From positions 62,001 through 126,000 of the forward strand of contig NIVC01000629.1 in assembly GCA_002269645.1 (NCBI GenBank): a stretch of DNA of 64,000 nucleotides, written 5' to 3'. The position numbers were made by a program, and so were the translations under genes. The stretch comes from Macrostomum lignano. Taxonomy: Eukaryota. Of the stretch, positions 61,201 through 64,000 are shown in pieces. The first letter of the stretch is position 1; the number at the start of each line of letters is the position of its first letter. A model generated the notes under the pieces. That model had not been told where the DNA came from. It did no database searches and saw only the letters and a program-made list of their open reading frames with translations.

Positions 61201-64000
61201 CAGTCAGTCAGTCAGTCAGTCAGTCAGTCAGTCAGTCAGTCAGTCAGTCAGTCAGTCAGTCAGTCAGCCAGTCAGTCAGTCAGTCAGTCAGTCAGTCAGT
61301 CAGCCAGTCAGTCAGTCAGTCAGTCAGTCAGTGCTCACCTCTTTGCCAGTAGCCAGCAGGGTCCAGCGCAGCTGCGGCACGGAAGCCAGAGGTTTCCAGC
61401 CCTCGAAGCCCTGCGCCCAGACCCGAGTGTCCTTATTAACGCTGCCATTTTCGAAAAGCTCCTTGAGCTCGTCAAAGCTGAAGGGGCCGCACCTCTCCTT
61501 GGCCGAGCTGCCGTAGTACCACTCCTTTTCGCCCGGCCGGCGCATGTCCGGACTGGCTTCAAGGATGTTCGACTGGAGGAAACGGGCTTGCAGAGTTAGA
61601 TAGAATGATGATGATAGATTTATTGAATGCCATAAATTACTAGTAGACTGACTCACTTGCATCGGGGTGTGCGCTCGAGAAATGTGCAGATGCGCCAGGG
61701 TTACAAAGTCGATAATGATTTTCACACCGTTTGCGTCCAGAATCTCCTTGACGTTTTCCTGTGGAAAATAAACAATTTGAAAATTTGAGGGTAGCGGCAA
61801 TGCACTGAAGGATCAGGGAGAGGATAGCGGCAATGCGCTGAAGGATCAGGGAGAGGATAGCGGCAATGCACTGAAGGATCAGGGAGAGGATAGCGGCAAT
61901 GCACTGAAGGATCAGGGAGAGGATAGCGGCAATGCGCTGAAGGATCAGGGAGAGGATAGCGGCAATGCACTGAAGGATCAGGGAGAGGATAGCGGCAATG
62001 CGCTGAAGGATCAGGGAGAGGATAGCGGCAATGCGCTGAAGGATCAGGGAGAGGATAGCGGCAATGCACTGAAGGATCAGGGAGAGGATAGCGGCAATGC
62101 ACTGAAGGATCAGGGAGAGGATAGCGGCAATGCACTGAAGGATCAGGGAGAGGATAGCGGCAATGCACTGAAGGATCAGGGAGAGGATAGCGGCAATGCA
62201 CTGAAGGATCAGGGAGAGGATAGCGGCAATGCACTGAAGGATCAGGGAGAGGATAGCGGCAATGCGCTGAAGGTATAGTTTTACTAAATGAAAGAAATGG
62301 CACAGACCTTGTTGAGCACTAGTCGACTAAGAAACAGCATGAGTCGATCCCGCTCCAGCTTGTCAGTGGTCTGAAGTGTTGAAACAATGAAACTAATGCA
62401 TTAGAATCAGCAGCACAATGCGATTGGGATTACATTGGAAGCAAGTGCTCTGATTTCCTCACCCTCTCCAGCATGCTAACAATGTAGCGAGTGTCTCCGA
62501 ACGGCCCGATCTCAGCGTGGCACCGGCCGTACACGATGGTCATGGCGTGAAGGCACATGCATTTCATGTTCACTTTTTGCGTCAGCAGAAACCGGTGATA
62601 GAGATCGTTGAAGAACTGGAAGCTGAAAGTACAGTTGAGGTCAAATAACAATCAGAGTGCCTTTGAGTAGCAGCAGCTACCTGAAGGTCAAGAATGTTCA
62701 GCAAGCTACCTGAAGGTCAAGAATGTTCAGCAGCTACCTGAAGGTCAAGAATGTTCAGCAAGCTACCTGAAGGTCTAGAATGTTGAGCAGCTACCTGAAG
62801 GTCTAGAATATTCAGCAGCTACCTGAAGGTCTAGAATGTTGAGCAGCTACCTGAAGGCCTAGAATATTCAGCAGCTACCTGAAGGTCAAGAATGTTCAGC
62901 AGCTACCTGAAGGCCTAGAATGTTGAGCAGCTACCTGAAGGCCTAGAATATTCAGCAGCTACCTGAAGGCCTAGAATATTCAGCAGCTACCTGAAGGTCA
63001 AGAATATTCAGCAAGCTACCTGAAGGTCAAGAATATTCAGCAGCTACCTGAAGGTCAAGAATGTTCAGCAGCTACCTGAAGGTCTAGAATATTCAGCAGC
63101 TACCTGAAGGTCAAGAATGTTCAGCAGCTACCTGAAGGTCAAGAATGTTCAGCAGCTACCTGAAGGTCTAGAATATTCAGCAGCTACCTGAAGGTCAAGA
63201 ATGTTCAGCAGCTACCTAAAGGTCTAGAATATTCAGCAGCTACCTGAAGGTCTAGAATGTTCAGCAGCTACCTGAAGGTCTAGAATATTCAGCAGCTACC
63301 TGAAGGTCAAGAATGTTCAGCAGCTACCTAAAGGTCTAGAATATTCAGCAGCTACCTGAAGGTCAAGAATGTTGAGCAGCTACCTGAAGGTCTAGAATGT
63401 TCAGCAGCTACCTGAAGGTCTAGAATGTTCAGCAGCTACCTGAAGGTCTAGAATGTTCAGCAGCTACCTGAAGGTCTAGAATGTTCAGCAAGCTACCTGA
63501 AGGTCTAGAATATTCAGCAGCTACCTGAAGGTCAAGAATGTTCAGCAAGCTACCTGAAGGTCTAGAATGTTGAGCAGCTACCTGAAGGTCTAGAATGTTG
63601 AGCAGCTACCTGAAGGTCAAGAATGTTCAGCAGCTACCTGAAGGTCTAGAATGTTGAGCAGCTACCTGAAGGTCAAGAATGTTCAGCAGCTACCTGAAGG
63701 TCTAGAATGTTCAGCAGCTACCTGTTCAGCAAGCTACCTGAGGTTCAGCAACTACCTGAAGGTTCACAAAGCCTAAAAGACTTGAGCACTCACGATTGGC
63801 TGATAATCAGAGTGCTCTCCTCATCGCCAGTCAGCTTGTCGTCCTCTTCCAGCAGCACTCGCAGAAAATAATCGCCAATTTTAATCTCCTCAGCTAGGCT
63901 GGGAAATGCCACTTGAAATTCTTCGTGATTCCAGCTGATCTGCTTCTTGCCGGACAGGTCTTTGTCTGAGTTGAAGGCTCGTAATTCGTTGTCTAAGGCC
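48332..64000 (-). CDS. DNAJC13: DnaJ homolog subfamily C member 13 (RME-8), last 15 exons: >64000-63794, 62622-62463, 62370-62308, 61758-61657, 61572-61339, 60616-60257, 58192-57723, 57037-56826, 55739-55320, 54513-53981, 52380-52264, 51805-51528, 51232-50849, 49904-49123, 48538-48332
   Basis: Collinear with RME-8 as I recall it: [25 protein letters not shown]; GYF_2-type domain ([19 protein letters not shown]); [12 protein letters not shown]; J domain [18 protein letters not shown]; [10 protein letters not shown]; [10 protein letters not shown]; HDLFIS..AGYLT. All splice phases match. Two 1-nt deletions at 51617-51620 and 49464. Confidence 0.96.
48588..49105. repeat. Compound intronic array: 22-bp, then 24-bp units
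   Basis: TTCACGGTTGGGACTCAGGTGA (48588-48930), then TCACTGACTCACTGCAATCGGGAC (48935-49105). Confidence 0.92.
50070..50810. repeat. (ATCA)n microsatellite with higher-order structure
   Basis: Runs of ATCA punctuated by recurring AACTGAAATC and ATAATC blocks. Confidence 0.95.
51268..51505. repeat. (TGTC)n microsatellite
   Basis: Reverse complement of the PGM2-intron (GACA)n. Confidence 0.96.
51851..52226. repeat. 30-bp intronic minisatellite
   Basis: AGGTCACTGAAGCACTGAGATGTGTAGAGA, about 12 near-perfect copies. Confidence 0.97.
52410..53921. repeat. 23-bp intronic minisatellite containing TTAGGG
   Basis: GGTTTAGGGGCGATTCTCAGTCT, about 65 copies. Confidence 0.97.
54700..55300. repeat. (TAC)n trinucleotide microsatellite
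   Basis: TAC runs with TGC/TGG/CAC interruptions, inside an intron. Confidence 0.96.
55828..56812. repeat. Compound 32-bp / 30-bp minisatellite
   Basis: AGGCTGTATGTACATTACAGGGAATCTGACTC (32 bp) switches at about 56185 to the related AGGCTGTATGCACACTACATGGAGTGACAC (30 bp, about 20 near-perfect copies). Confidence 0.96.
57118..57640. repeat. Compound 22-bp / 23-bp minisatellite
   Basis: AATATCTGTTTCGCAAGCGTCT, then CTAATTTGTGATTTCCTAAGCGC. Confidence 0.9.
58432..59403. repeat. 16-bp minisatellite
   Basis: GAAGATTCGAGCTTGT, about 60 copies. Confidence 0.96.
59985..60230. repeat. 41-bp minisatellite
   Basis: CAGATCAGGGGTATCAGTGCCCCATTAACAGAAGCATGACA, about 5-6 copies, degenerate on the left. 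Confidence 0.88.
60710..61332. repeat. (CAGT)n microsatellite
   Basis: Long CAGT/CAGC run reaching to within a few bases of the exon donor. Confidence 0.97.
61789..62272. repeat. 33-bp minisatellite
   Basis: GGATAGCGGCAATGCACTGAAGGATCAGGGAGA, about 14 copies. Confidence 0.96.
62668..63762. repeat. 28-bp minisatellite
   Basis: CAGCAGCTACCTGAAGGTCTAGAATGTT, about 38 copies. Confidence 0.96.

Noticed and set aside
51669-62303. Repeat ORFs in DNAJC13 introns (30-, 33- and 16-bp units, poly-Ser/Val/Leu, SQSV)
   Set aside because: They lie between exons that splice directly into continuous RME-8 sequence.

Overview
Eukaryotic, intron-rich invertebrate genomic DNA. GC-rich exons and introns packed with minisatellites suggest a free-living flatworm such as Macrostomum (inference from style only). 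Host genes in order: 3' end of PGM2 (+); a divergent TTLL10-like tubulin ligase (+); an intronless single-CRD TNF-receptor-like gene (-); an LRR single-pass receptor without a TIR domain (+); a two-exon atypical glutaredoxin (-); a prohormone encoding 15 xPFW tetrapeptides (-); an uncharacterised four-exon gene (+); and the last 15 exons of DNAJC13/RME-8 (-), running off the right edge. A very young 9.2-kb Ty3/Gypsy element (16238-25432, minus strand) sits 67 bp behind the LRR stop codon. It has apparently identical 1327-bp LTRs, a CAGT target duplication, a tRNA-Leu PBS, a -1 frameshift signal and an extra non-env ORF at the end of pol. Its U5 holds a ladder of repeated integrase-end/PBS junctions, the most unusual structure I found. 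The rest is degenerate hAT, LINE and SINE remnants and about 20 tandem arrays. Four single-base frameshifts in otherwise intact ORFs are probably consensus errors. I found no rRNA, tRNA or CRISPR.
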